This document shows positions 44,926 through 54,202 of a stretch of DNA of 64,000 bases, piece by piece (positions within the stretch are counted from its first letter, which is position 1; each line of letters opens with the position of its first letter). The translations under genes were made by a program, and so were the position numbers. Source of the DNA: Bdellovibrionales bacterium (GTDB lineage: Bacteria > Bdellovibrionota > Bdellovibrionia > Bdellovibrionales > JAGQZY01); the NCBI GenBank assembly GCA_019750295.1, contig JAIEOS010000048.1:2469-66468 (forward strand). The letters are read 5' to 3'. The notes under the pieces are model-generated. The model was not told the DNA's origin. It did not search any database and worked only from the letters and a program-made list of their open reading frames with translations.

Positions 44926-44926
44926 A

Positions 44927-46444
44927 TTAACCTCGAAGTCCCGTTAGGCGACCATTAGACTTCCATCGCGACGGGGCAACGGTTGTTGTCTCTTTGGGCT
45001 TTGTTTTAGATTCGCGCTGATTGTAAGACCAAAGAGCTGCCGCTAAGAGAAAAACTTTATCATCCACAAATTTAAAGAGATCTGGTTGATTCACGATCAA
45101 ATCTTTTTCGCAAAACTGCGTGGTGTAAGAGCCGTCCAAAAACTTTTCTGCCTTTAGGATGGATTTATGGAGAACGAGATTTGATTTTACGCCCGTCAGA
45201 GTGAATTCGATCAACGCGCGTTGCATGCGGTTAATCGCATCTTCGCGAGTGCGTCCCCAAGTGATCACTTTAGCAATCATAGGGTCGTAGTAAATGGGAA
45301 CTTCGTATCCGGAGTACACGTACGTCTCTACGCGAACAAATGGGCCGGAGGGCGGGCGAAAGCGGCGAATGAAGCCCGGGGACGGCATAAATGTCGTAGG
45401 ATCTTCAGCGCAGATTCGACACTCGATAGAGTGTCCTCTCTGAACAATGTCTTCTTGCTTAAACGTGAGCGGATGGCCGGCCGCGACTCGCAACTGCTCC
45501 TTCACGAGGTCAAATCCAGTGACTTGCTCTGTAATCGGGTGCTCCACCTGAAGGCGTGTGTTCATCTCCATAAAGAAAAATTCTTTGGTGGAGTTATCAA
45601 AAATAAACTCAAAAGTTCCAGCGCCAATGTAACCGATGGATTTGGCAGCTTTGACGGAAACTTCGCCCATCCTCTTACGAACATCCTCGGGCACGGAGGG
45701 ACTCGGGCTTTCCTCGATAATTTTTTGGTGACGTCGCTGAATTGAACATTCGCGCTCGAACAAATGAACCACGTTCCCATGCTTATCCCCAAAGACTTGG
45801 ATCTCAATGTGCTTGGGATTTGTAATAAATCTTTCCATGTAGACGGTATCGTCTTTAAAGTAATTTAATCCTTCGGAACGTGCGGCACGAAATGCGCTCT
45901 CAAGCTCTTCGGGCTTAAATACGACACGCATTCCTTTACCGCCGCCGCCCGCAGAGGCTTTGATCATGATCGGGTAGCCAATCTTGGTGGCGACGTCTTT
46001 GGCGTGCTCAATCGTATCGACGCGACCATTACTTCCGGGAACGGTAGGGACATCAGCTTTTCTCATCAGAGAGATCGCGGACAATTTATCTCCCATCGCC
46101 TTGATATTATCAGAGGACGGACCAATAAAAGTGATTCCCGCTTTTTCAACAGCTTCGGCAAAGTACGCTCGCTCACTGAGGAACCCGTAGCCCGGATGGA
46201 TGGCATCACACCCGGAGGACTTTGCGACTTCTAAAATTTTGTCATCGCGAAGATAAGATTCGGTGCTGGGAGGTGGTCCGATCTCGTAGGCTTCGTTGGC
46301 GAGAAGAACGTGTTGGCTATAACGATCGGCCTCGCTATAAACCGCGACTGTAGGAATTCCTAAATCGCGGCAAGCCCGAATCACGCGAACAGCAATCTCT
46401 CCACGGTTAGCGACTAAAACTTTTTTAAACATCTTCGGCATCAT
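44927..46444 (-). CDS. Biotin carboxylase subunit of an acyl-CoA carboxylase
   Basis: KVLVANRGEIAVRVIRA, ATP-grasp (GGGGKGMRV), EMNTRLQVEHPITE. Start may be ATG 46432 (MFKKVLVANRG). Confidence 0.95.
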   Translation of the reverse strand: MMPKMFKKVLVANRGEIAVRVIRACRDLGIPTVAVYSEADRYSQHVLLANEAYEIGPPPSTESYLRDDKILEVAKSSGCDAIHPGYGFLSERAYFAEAVEKAGITFIGPSSDNIKAMGDKLSAISLMRKADVPTVPGSNGRVDTIEHAKDVATKIGYPIMIKASAGGGGKGMRVVFKPEELESAFRAARSEGLNYFKDDTVYMERFITNPKHIEIQVFGDKHGNVVHLFERECSIQRRHQKIIEESPSPSVPEDVRKRMGEVSVKAAKSIGYIGAGTFEFIFDNSTKEFFFMEMNTRLQVEHPITEQVTGFDLVKEQLRVAAGHPLTFKQEDIVQRGHSIECRICAEDPTTFMPSPGFIRRFRPPSGPFVRVETYVYSGYEVPIYYDPMIAKVITWGRTREDAINRMQRALIEFTLTGVKSNLVLHKSILKAEKFLDGSYTTQFCEKDLIVNQPDLFKFVDDKVFLLAAALWSYNQRESKTKPKETTTVAPSRWKSNGRLTGLRG

Positions 46445-46450
46445 AAACCT

Positions 46451-48004
46451 CTACAGCGGGATATTTCCGTGTTTTTTAGGTGGATTCGTATCGCGTTTGT
46501 TTTTAAGCATATCCAGCGCCTGAACGATGCGCTTGCGAGTTTGCGAAGGCTCAATCACCTCGTCGATATAGCCAAGCTCTGCGGCCACATAAGGATTGTT
46601 AAATTTTCCTTCGTAATCGCTAATCAATTCTTGTCTCTTCTCCGTAGGCTCTTTGGCTTTATTGATGGCATCGCGGAAGATGATATTGACCGCACCCTCA
46701 GCACCCATGACCGCGATCTCTGCAGAAGGATAGGCGAGGTTCACGTCTCCGCGTAAATGCTTAGAGGACATCACGCAATATGCACCCCCGTAATCTTTTC
46801 GAGTAATGACGGTGATTTTAGGAACGGTGGCTTCGGCATAAGCGTAAAGAAGTTTTGCGCCGTGAGTGATAATGCCAGCCCACTCTTGATCCGTGCCTGG
46901 TAAAAATCCTGGAACATCGACGAAGGAAACAACGGGAATATTAAAGGCATCACAGAAGCGAATAAAGCGCGCGGCTTTTTTACTCGCATCGATATTGAGG
47001 CAGCCCGCAAGCACTTGAGGTTGATTGGCGACAATTCCCACGCTCTGACCATTGAAGCGGGCAAAGCCCACGATGATGTTGGCGGCGTAATCTTTATGAA
47101 CTTCGAGGAAGTAGCTTTCATCCACGACAAGTTTAATGAGCTCTTTCATATCATAAGGTTTACGAGAGTTGTCGGGGAGGAACGTGTTTAATTCTTTGAC
47201 CAAACGATCTGGAGAATCTTTGGTTTCGACCTGAGGAGCATCGTCCATGTTGTTGGAGGGAAGAAAGTTTAAAAGCTCTCGAATCATGAGCAAACAATTC
47301 TTATCGTCTTCCGCGGCAAAGTGAGCCACTCCCGATTTGCGATTGTGAGTCATCGCTCCGCCGAGATCTTCTTTTGTCACTTCTTCGTGAGTCACCGCTT
47401 TGATGACATCGGGGCCAGTCACAAACATGTAGCTCGTGTTTTTCACCATAAACACAAAATCGGTGATCGATGGACTGTAAACGGCTCCACCGGCGCATGG
47501 GCCTAAGATCGCAGAAATCTGAGGAACCACTCCGGAAGATAAAACGTTCTTTAGAAAGATGTCGGCGTAACCGCCAAGGGCTTCGACGCCCTCTTGAATC
47601 CGAGCTCCACCGGAGTCGTTGAGTCCGATGATGGGAGCGCCGTTCTTTATGGCTTGCTCCATGATTTTTAAAATCTTATTCGCTTGAGTGCGCGACATAC
47701 TTCCACCAAAAACTGTAAAGTCTTGGCTGTAAACGTAAACCGGGCGACCGTTCACTTTTCCGTAACCGGTAATAATTCCGTCGCCAGGAACTTTTTTGTC
47801 GGCCATCCCAAAGTTATTGCAACGATGACTGACAAAACGATCGGTTTCCACAAAGCTGCCCGGATCGCAAAGCACCTCGAGACGTTCGCGCGCAGTTAAG
47901 CGGCCGCCTTGCTTGTGCTTTGAGTTTTTGTCGGCGCCTCCGCCACTGAACGCTTGTTCGTTCTTTAATTTAAGTTCTTTAATGCGCTCTTGGATTGTAT
48001 CCAT
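46451..48004 (-). CDS. Acyl-CoA carboxylase carboxyltransferase (beta) subunit, propionyl-CoA/methylmalonyl-CoA type
   Basis: Two crotonase-like CT halves ([28 protein letters not shown]). ATG 48004 avoids overlap with the asnS stop, with AAGAAGG upstream. Confidence 0.93.
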   Translation of the reverse strand: MDTIQERIKELKLKNEQAFSGGGADKNSKHKQGGRLTARERLEVLCDPGSFVETDRFVSHRCNNFGMADKKVPGDGIITGYGKVNGRPVYVYSQDFTVFGGSMSRTQANKILKIMEQAIKNGAPIIGLNDSGGARIQEGVEALGGYADIFLKNVLSSGVVPQISAILGPCAGGAVYSPSITDFVFMVKNTSYMFVTGPDVIKAVTHEEVTKEDLGGAMTHNRKSGVAHFAAEDDKNCLLMIRELLNFLPSNNMDDAPQVETKDSPDRLVKELNTFLPDNSRKPYDMKELIKLVVDESYFLEVHKDYAANIIVGFARFNGQSVGIVANQPQVLAGCLNIDASKKAARFIRFCDAFNIPVVSFVDVPGFLPGTDQEWAGIITHGAKLLYAYAEATVPKITVITRKDYGGAYCVMSSKHLRGDVNLAYPSAEIAVMGAEGAVNIIFRDAINKAKEPTEKRQELISDYEGKFNNPYVAAELGYIDEVIEPSQTRKRIVQALDMLKNKRDTNPPKKHGNIPL

Positions 48005-48017
48005 GTTACCGCCTTCT

Positions 48018-49307
48018 TTATGGGTAGCTTCGGCCATAAAGCCGAGGGAAAGGAATCGTTTCTCGCACGTGTTGAAGTCCGCAAATCCACGCCACGGTTC
48101 TTTCTACGCCCAAACCGAATCCGGAATGAGGGAAGGTTCCGTAACGACGGAGATCGAGATACCATGCAAAATCATCTACATTTAAATTATGATCTTTAAT
48201 ACGTTGCTCAAGCACTTCCACGCTCTCTTCGCGCTGACCGCCACCGATCATTTCCCCATAGCCTTCGGTCGCCAGCAAATCACAGCTCATGCTGTATTCG
48301 GGCTCTGCCGGATCGTGCTTCATGTAGAAAGCTTTGATCGCCGACGGAAAGTGATGCACGAACACGGGCTTGTCAAATTTGTTACTGATAATCGCCTCAT
48401 CAGGAGCGCCAAAATCACCGCCCACTTCGAAGGCTGGATTTTCTTTTAAGATAATATCCACAGCCTCTTTGTAATGGAGCCGCGGGAAAGACCCTTTGAT
48501 GTGAGAGAGTTTCGAAATATCTCTCTCGAGGGTTTCCAGCTCCGCTTTACGATTGGTAATCGTGCGCTGAACGATGTATTCGACAAATTGTTCAGCCAAT
48601 TCCATATTGTCGTAGAGGTCGTTAAAAGCCACTTCCGGCTCGACCATCCAAAACTCAATCAAGTGGCGACGAGTTTTAGATTTTTCCGCACGAAATGTCG
48701 GGCCAAAGCAATACACTTTCCCAAAAGCGGCGGCGGTGGCTTCCATATAAAGTTGCCCACTCTGAGACAGGTAGGCTTTTTCGTCGAAGTACTGTGTTTG
48801 GAAAAGCGTAGAAGTTCCTTCGCATGCATTGGGAGTGAAGATGGGCGCGTCGGTTAGAGTAAATCCACGACCATCAAAGAAATCACGAATGGCCGAGACA
48901 ATTTCGGAGCGGACGCGCATCACCGCGTGTTGTCTCTTCGATCGCAACCAAAGATGACGGTGATTCATTAAGAAATCAGGACCGTGCTCTTTGGGAGTGA
49001 TGGGATAGTCCACGGAGGGAGCGAGGATCTCGAAAGTTTTCGCGCTGAGCTCGTAACCCCCAGGGCTTCGCGGTTCGGCCTTCACCACACCAGTGACTTT
49101 GACCGTGCACTCTTGAGTGAGCTTTTCGAAATTTTCAAATGCGGTGGGCTCGCAATCGCCATCAAAGAAAACGCATTGGCAAATTCCGGTTCCATCACGC
49201 AACAAAAGGAACTTCACCTTTTTTGAGGCGCGCAGGCTGTAAGCCCAACCTTTAAGTTCCACGGTTTGACCAACGTACTTACCCAGGGAATCGATGTAGT
49301 AACGCAA
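48018..49307 (-). CDS. asnS: Asparagine--tRNA ligase
   Basis: Class IIb motifs: [21 protein letters not shown] and [18 protein letters not shown] start with AAGGAG 5 nt upstream. Confidence 0.95.
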   Translation of the reverse strand: MRYYIDSLGKYVGQTVELKGWAYSLRASKKVKFLLLRDGTGICQCVFFDGDCEPTAFENFEKLTQECTVKVTGVVKAEPRSPGGYELSAKTFEILAPSVDYPITPKEHGPDFLMNHRHLWLRSKRQHAVMRVRSEIVSAIRDFFDGRGFTLTDAPIFTPNACEGTSTLFQTQYFDEKAYLSQSGQLYMEATAAAFGKVYCFGPTFRAEKSKTRRHLIEFWMVEPEVAFNDLYDNMELAEQFVEYIVQRTITNRKAELETLERDISKLSHIKGSFPRLHYKEAVDIILKENPAFEVGGDFGAPDEAIISNKFDKPVFVHHFPSAIKAFYMKHDPAEPEYSMSCDLLATEGYGEMIGGGQREESVEVLEQRIKDHNLNVDDFAWYLDLRRYGTFPHSGFGLGVERTVAWICGLQHVRETIPFPRLYGRSYP

Positions 49308-49430
49308 ACAAACTCCTTACGACGGTTTTACATTTAGGAATGAGCCTAGATGCGCACCGCAACATAACATTTTAACCAAAGAGGCATACTCCCAAATCCG
49401 CTCGGCAAAATCAAGAAACGCGAGGCAGAA

Positions 49431-49518
49431 GCGGAGCGCAAGAAACCAACCAGCGGAGCGCAAGAGATCAACCGGCGGAGCGCAAGAAACCCACCGGCGG
49501 AGCGCAAAAAAATCGCTG
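49431..49518. repeat. Tandem direct repeat, 4 x 22 bp (core GCGGAGCGCAAG)
   Basis: Units start at 49431, 49453, 49475 and 49497: a conserved 12-nt core plus a variable 10-nt tail. Lies in the divergent asnS / prolyl-oligopeptidase intergenic region. Confidence 0.9.
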
Positions 49519-49593
49519 GATCAACTCCACGTCTTTGGAGCATAGTGGGGGCTTAAATGATGTAAAAACCAACACGAAACCAAAGAGGCCCAC

Positions 49594-51681
49594 ATGAAAA
49601 AATGGATCGTTTTGCTTCTCCTCGCGGGATGCGCTCATACTTCCGACAGCTCTAAGGACCCCTATCTCTGGCTCGAGGATGTGGAAGGGAAAGAGGCCCT
49701 GGAATGGGTCAAGGCTCAAAATGAGCAAACTCTGCAGAATCTTGCGCAATCTCCCGAGTTCAAAAAAGTGGAAGAGCAGACTCTTCAGATTTTAGAAGCG
49801 AAAGATAAAATTCCTGCGGTTTCGTTTATTGGCTCTAGGAAATTACTCAATTTTTGGCGAGATGATAAAAGTGTTCGCGGAGTTTTGCGCGTCACAAGTT
49901 ACGACAACTACAAAAAGAAAAACGTTCCGTGGGATGTTGTCTTGGATCTCGACCGTGTTGCCGCTGAGGAAAAAGAAAACTGGATCTTTAAGGGCATAGA
50001 CTGTGTAGCACCGCAGTTTGAGCAGTGTTTCGTGCTCTTGTCTCGCGGTGGAAAAGATGCGGTGGTTTTGCGTGAGTACAATATAAAAACAAAACAGTTT
50101 AATGCGAAAGGGTTTACACTTCCCGAAAGTAAAATGTATGTCACTTGGGCGGACAAGGATCATTTGCTCGTTGGTACCGATTATGGTCCGGGAACCATGA
50201 CGGAGTCTGGTTATCCTCGCATCGTTAAACTTTGGAAGCGAGGAACACCACTCGATTCGGCAAAAATGATTTACGAAGGTGCGATGACCGATGTGTGGGC
50301 TCGTCCCATCGCTGTAGACCAGGGCAAGAAACGTGTTTTGCTCGTCTCTCGCGGAATTGACTTCTTTAATACCGAAGACTTCGTCGTCGATGTTAAAACC
50401 GCAAGTTACAAAAAAATTCCTAAACCAACCGACGCTGAATTTGAGGGTTACTTTGCCGATCAGTTTTTATATTCCGTGAAATCTCCCTGGAATATTGCCG
50501 GCACAACTTATAACTCGGGTGATGTCATCGGTCTTAAAGAAGCGGTGGCGGGTAAAGAGGTGGGGCCCCAAGATATTCTTAAGATTTTTACACCGACCCC
50601 AAATCAATCTGTGACTTCCATCGCGGTCAATAAGTCCAAAATTATTTTGAGTGTTCTTGAGGACGTCAAAGGAAAACTTTTTACGACGACCTACTCGAAC
50701 AACCAGTGGCAACCCGTCATTCCTATGCAGTTTCCCGGTACGGGAAGTTTGAATGCCATCACGGACACCGAAACTGATATCATTCTGGTGAATTACGAGA
50801 GCTTCAATCAACCGAGTACATTGTACGGCATTGATTACGGTAAAAAAGCAGAGGTCCTTAAAACTCTTCCCGATCGTTTTGATGCGAAAGATGTTGTGGT
50901 GGAGCAAAAGTTTTCTACAAGCAAAGATGGAACTAAAATTCCGTACTTCTTAATCCGTAAAAAAACCGTAGCCTTTAACGGAGAGGCGCCCACTCTTCTC
51001 TACGGTTATGGCGGTTTCACCGTTTCTCAAGCGCCGGCCTACAATGGTGTTGTTGGTAAACTCTGGTTGGAGCGTGGCGGTGTTTACGTGGTTGCAAACA
51101 TTCGTGGCGGAGGCGAGTACGGCCCTAAATGGCATCAAGCGGCTCTTAAAGAAAATCGTCAGAAAGCGTATGATGATTTTATTTCTGTGGCGGAAGACTT
51201 GATTCAAACGAAGGTCACTTCTCCGAAACATCTGGCGATTCGCGGGGGAAGTAACGGGGGCTTGCTTGTCGGAGCGGTGATGACGCAAAGACCGGAACTT
51301 TTTGGTGCCGTTTTATGTTGGGTGCCGCTTTTAGATATGATGCGATATTCGCAACTCCTTGCCGGCGCCAGCTGGATGGGAGAATACGGAGATCCCAAAG
51401 TGCCGACGTATCGTCGCGCGATTCTTAAATATTCTCCTTACCAAAACGTGGGGAATCATAAAAATTACCCTCCGACACTCATAGTGACTTCTACTAAGGA
51501 CGATCGCGTTCACCCTGGCCATGCTCGCAAGATGATGGCGAAGATGAAGGAAATGAAGCAGCCCGTGATGTACTACGAAAACATTGAGGGGGGTCACGCG
51601 GCGGGAGCTAATTTTAAACAAGTGGCGCGTCTCACCGCTCTCCAACAAATGTTTTTAGAGCAAACCGTTCTTAAAAAATAA
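49594..51681 (+). CDS. Prolyl oligopeptidase family serine peptidase (S9A), lipoprotein-type signal
   Basis: LLLLAGC lipobox, beta-propeller-length N-half, GGSNGGLLVG nucleophile motif, and a C-terminal DDRVHP...GGH triad context. Confidence 0.92.
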   Translation: MKKWIVLLLLAGCAHTSDSSKDPYLWLEDVEGKEALEWVKAQNEQTLQNLAQSPEFKKVEEQTLQILEAKDKIPAVSFIGSRKLLNFWRDDKSVRGVLRVTSYDNYKKKNVPWDVVLDLDRVAAEEKENWIFKGIDCVAPQFEQCFVLLSRGGKDAVVLREYNIKTKQFNAKGFTLPESKMYVTWADKDHLLVGTDYGPGTMTESGYPRIVKLWKRGTPLDSAKMIYEGAMTDVWARPIAVDQGKKRVLLVSRGIDFFNTEDFVVDVKTASYKKIPKPTDAEFEGYFADQFLYSVKSPWNIAGTTYNSGDVIGLKEAVAGKEVGPQDILKIFTPTPNQSVTSIAVNKSKIILSVLEDVKGKLFTTTYSNNQWQPVIPMQFPGTGSLNAITDTETDIILVNYESFNQPSTLYGIDYGKKAEVLKTLPDRFDAKDVVVEQKFSTSKDGTKIPYFLIRKKTVAFNGEAPTLLYGYGGFTVSQAPAYNGVVGKLWLERGGVYVVANIRGGGEYGPKWHQAALKENRQKAYDDFISVAEDLIQTKVTSPKHLAIRGGSNGGLLVGAVMTQRPELFGAVLCWVPLLDMMRYSQLLAGASWMGEYGDPKVPTYRRAILKYSPYQNVGNHKNYPPTLIVTSTKDDRVHPGHARKMMAKMKEMKQPVMYYENIEGGHAAGANFKQVARLTALQQMFLEQTVLKK

Positions 51682-51694
51682 TTCAATGGACCGG

Positions 51695-51716
51695 GCGAGG
51701 GGGCATTCCCTCTCGC
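51695..51716 (+). terminator. Weak candidate terminator after the prolyl oligopeptidase gene
   Basis: GCGAGGGGG-catt-CCCTCTCGC (one G.T pair). The following T-tract is poor. Confidence 0.3.
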
Positions 51717-51809
51717 GGGTTCTTCTCGAGTAATTGTTACAACCGTGGTCTTTCTCGAGGTGTTTACCAAAGTCTTAGGATATAAATTGGGCACCTTGAG
51801 GGAGGTTAT

Positions 51810-52280
51810 ATGGGGTCTTTAAAATCTTTTTTTAGTTTTGTTTTTCTCATCGGAATGGTTCCATCGGCGTTTGCTGTTCAGGCCGACACTTTACTTTGCG
51901 GTGGCACCTATCACGGGCGTCCACTCAAGTTCACGTACAATCCAACAGGTGCGTCGTTCACTTATTCGGGAGCCGATCCCGAAGACTACTTTTTGATTTA
52001 CGTCAATTATAGTGCGGAGAAAAAAGATCGTCTCGAGATTACGACGATGGAGTTTTTAAAAGACGAAACTTATGAAGCCTTTAAAGAGGCCGTCTCGAAA
52101 ATTCCAGAGATGACTTACCTTCGTAAGCCATTAATTCACAAACAAGTTGTGAGCCTTTACGAGGGATTCGTTAATTACCGTGTCGAGCAAGATGACAAAG
52201 TGATCGCGTGGAGTTGCGTGCAAAAAGCGAAAGCCCAACAATCTTCGCCGGGCCGCTTTGGTGGCTACTTAAATAACTAA
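51810..52280 (+). CDS. Hypothetical secreted protein (156 aa)
   Basis: Signal peptide (FVFLIGMVPSAFA/VQ). Its stop overlaps the stop of the convergent S8 protease gene by 3-4 nt. Confidence 0.65.
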   Translation: MGSLKSFFSFVFLIGMVPSAFAVQADTLLCGGTYHGRPLKFTYNPTGASFTYSGADPEDYFLIYVNYSAEKKDRLEITTMEFLKDETYEAFKEAVSKIPEMTYLRKPLIHKQVVSLYEGFVNYRVEQDDKVIAWSCVQKAKAQQSSPGRFGGYLNN

Positions 52281-53515
52281 CGCAAAGAAGAATTCTCGGG
52301 ATACATTTCGCGTAGCTTTAAATAGGCAGCGTGAACATCCAGAGAGCCGCGCGAAAATACAGGATAGGGGCCAGCCTCAACACTTTGTAGAATGGCATTT
52401 TTAATTTCACTGGCTTTCGCTTGGGGGAATGCACTCATCAACAAGGCAGCCGCTCCGGAAACAAAAGGCGTGGCCATGCTCGTTCCGTTCTCGGATTTGA
52501 CGGCGGCCTGACCACCACCCGGCACCGTACTGATAATTCCCGCACCGGGAGCGACAAGATGCACAAGAGTTCCGTAATTTGAAAAGCCTGCCGTGTACCG
52601 CTCTTCTGTCATCGCTCCGACGGTGATTTGCGCGAGGGCCTTAAAGGCCGCAGGGTAGGAGGGTGATGTGTCTATGTTCTGTCCCTCGTTCCCGGCAGCG
52701 GCGACAAACAAAATATTTTTATTCGACAGATCGTCAATGGCGGACTTGAGTGCGAGAGAACAGCCCGGTCCACCCCAACTGGCGTTAATCACTTTTGCGC
52801 CCGCATCGGCGGCATACTTCAAAGCTTTAATCGCATCAAAAACGGAACCCTCTCCATTAGGTCCAAAAAAGTCATACACTAGAATTTTTGATTGCGGTGC
52901 AACTCCCTTAACGCTTCCTTGAGAATTGTCAGCGGCGATAATTCCCGAAACGTGAGTTCCGTGGCCTGTGGTATCGAAGAGCGAACCGCTATCTGCAGTA
53001 AAATCATAGCCATTTATATCGTCGATTAGACCGTTGCCATCGTCATCGACACCATTTTCGACTTCTTTGGGATTTATATAAAGTTGGCTTCGCAATTGGG
53101 GGTGAGTTCGATCTATGCCCGAATCAATAACGGCGACAACGACACCCTGCCCATAAATATTTTTTGCCCACAACTTATCTGCCTGCATAGAGGTTGTTCC
53201 CCAATTGAGAGGGGAGCCCCAGCCCATCAGTTCGAGGGATTGATCTTTCGGAATATAAACCTTGTAGTTATCTTCGACGAAATCAATTTCGTTTTGATGT
53301 TTATCAACGAAGTCCTCGAGCTGACTTTTTTGCTTTAAAACAATTCGAGAGACTTTGCCATTTTTAAAGCGCACAATTTTTTCTTTTTGAAGCGCGAGGT
53401 CGGAGCATACGGTGCCCGCCGCTTTACTTTGCCCCTCGCTTTCTTTTGAGCTCTTGGCACAAGCAACCAATGTCACTGCAAAAATGCAGGAGAAAAATAA
53501 GCGAACAACATCCAT
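52277..53515 (-). CDS. Subtilisin-like serine protease (peptidase S8), lipoprotein
   Basis: ATG 53515 gives MDVVRLFFSCIFAVTLVAC (lipobox). Triad motifs VAVIDSGID, GHGTHVSG and GTSMATPFVSGAAAL. Confidence 0.93.
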   Translation of the reverse strand: MDVVRLFFSCIFAVTLVACAKSSKESEGQSKAAGTVCSDLALQKEKIVRFKNGKVSRIVLKQKSQLEDFVDKHQNEIDFVEDNYKVYIPKDQSLELMGWGSPLNWGTTSMQADKLWAKNIYGQGVVVAVIDSGIDRTHPQLRSQLYINPKEVENGVDDDGNGLIDDINGYDFTADSGSLFDTTGHGTHVSGIIAADNSQGSVKGVAPQSKILVYDFFGPNGEGSVFDAIKALKYAADAGAKVINASWGGPGCSLALKSAIDDLSNKNILFVAAAGNEGQNIDTSPSYPAAFKALAQITVGAMTEERYTAGFSNYGTLVHLVAPGAGIISTVPGGGQAAVKSENGTSMATPFVSGAAALLMSAFPQAKASEIKNAILQSVEAGPYPVFSRGSLDVHAAYLKLREMYPENSSLR

Positions 53516-53815
53516 GTCTAATCCTTTGACGACGTCTGCGGCCATCGTGGCTACAGAGGGTAGTTTATACCAAATTCACTGGCTTTATGAGACCAGCAAA
53601 ATAGAGACTCACCGTTAGGTAAGAAAGGAAAATCAAAACCAGACCAAGGTTGAGGTGAATTCTATCCTAGGTCCGCTATTTTTGGGCAAACTATCCTCAC
53701 CACTCCAATTCCGCCGAAACAACTTGAGTTGTTATTTGATGAGCAAGAACAACAGGGTGCAGAGACAGCGCCGTAAACTATTTGCCAAACGCAAACAGTG
53801 CGATATGTTGAAACG

Positions 53816-54202
53816 ATGAATTCATCGCAACTCTCCGCCGGCGCCCGTATATGTACTTTGGGTACCCTGTCGCTGTTGATGAGCGAGATTTATATCGATC
53901 ATCTCAACACCTATAGTTCCGACAACGTCTATTTAGATCTGACTTCATTTTTTATTTTTGGAGGAATTGCGCTGGGAAATGTCTTAGGATTTCCCTATCG
54001 CAAGCTTGAATTTGATATCGACATAGAATGGCTCCTGACTGGAGCGCTTCATGGGGTGGCATTTTTGGGTATGATCTATTTTAGGAAGTTCGCGCCCATT
54101 TTTTGTCTCTGCCGTTTATTGGCTTCGGAATTTGCCTTACGACTTTATTTTCTCGCTACACCCTTAAGATGCTCATCATTTGTCTCAATATTGCGGGCTT
54201 AA
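53816..54202 (+). CDS. Membrane protein fragment; probable 5' part of a frameshifted gene
   Basis: TM-like sequence up to ...GMIYFRKFAPIF at the T6 run (54099-54104). Beyond it the frame turns Cys/Arg-rich (CLCRLLASE...), which looks out of frame. Confidence 0.5.
   Translation: MNSSQLSAGARICTLGTLSLLMSEIYIDHLNTYSSDNVYLDLTSFFIFGGIALGNVLGFPYRKLEFDIDIEWLLTGALHGVAFLGMIYFRKFAPIFCLCRLLASEFALRLYFLATPLRCSSFVSILRA

Noticed and set aside
49431-49518. Possible miniature CRISPR array (regular 22-bp repeats).
   Set aside because: The units are directly contiguous with no unique spacers. There are only four of them, the repeat is far shorter than CRISPR repeats, and no cas genes are present in the window.
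53739-53819. 26-aa very basic micro-ORF (MSKNNRVQRQRRKLFAKRKQCDMLKR) ending in an ATGA overlap with the membrane-protein start; considered as a leader peptide.
   Set aside because: There is no Shine-Dalgarno sequence upstream and no supporting attenuator-like structure that I could see. It cannot be supported from sequence alone.
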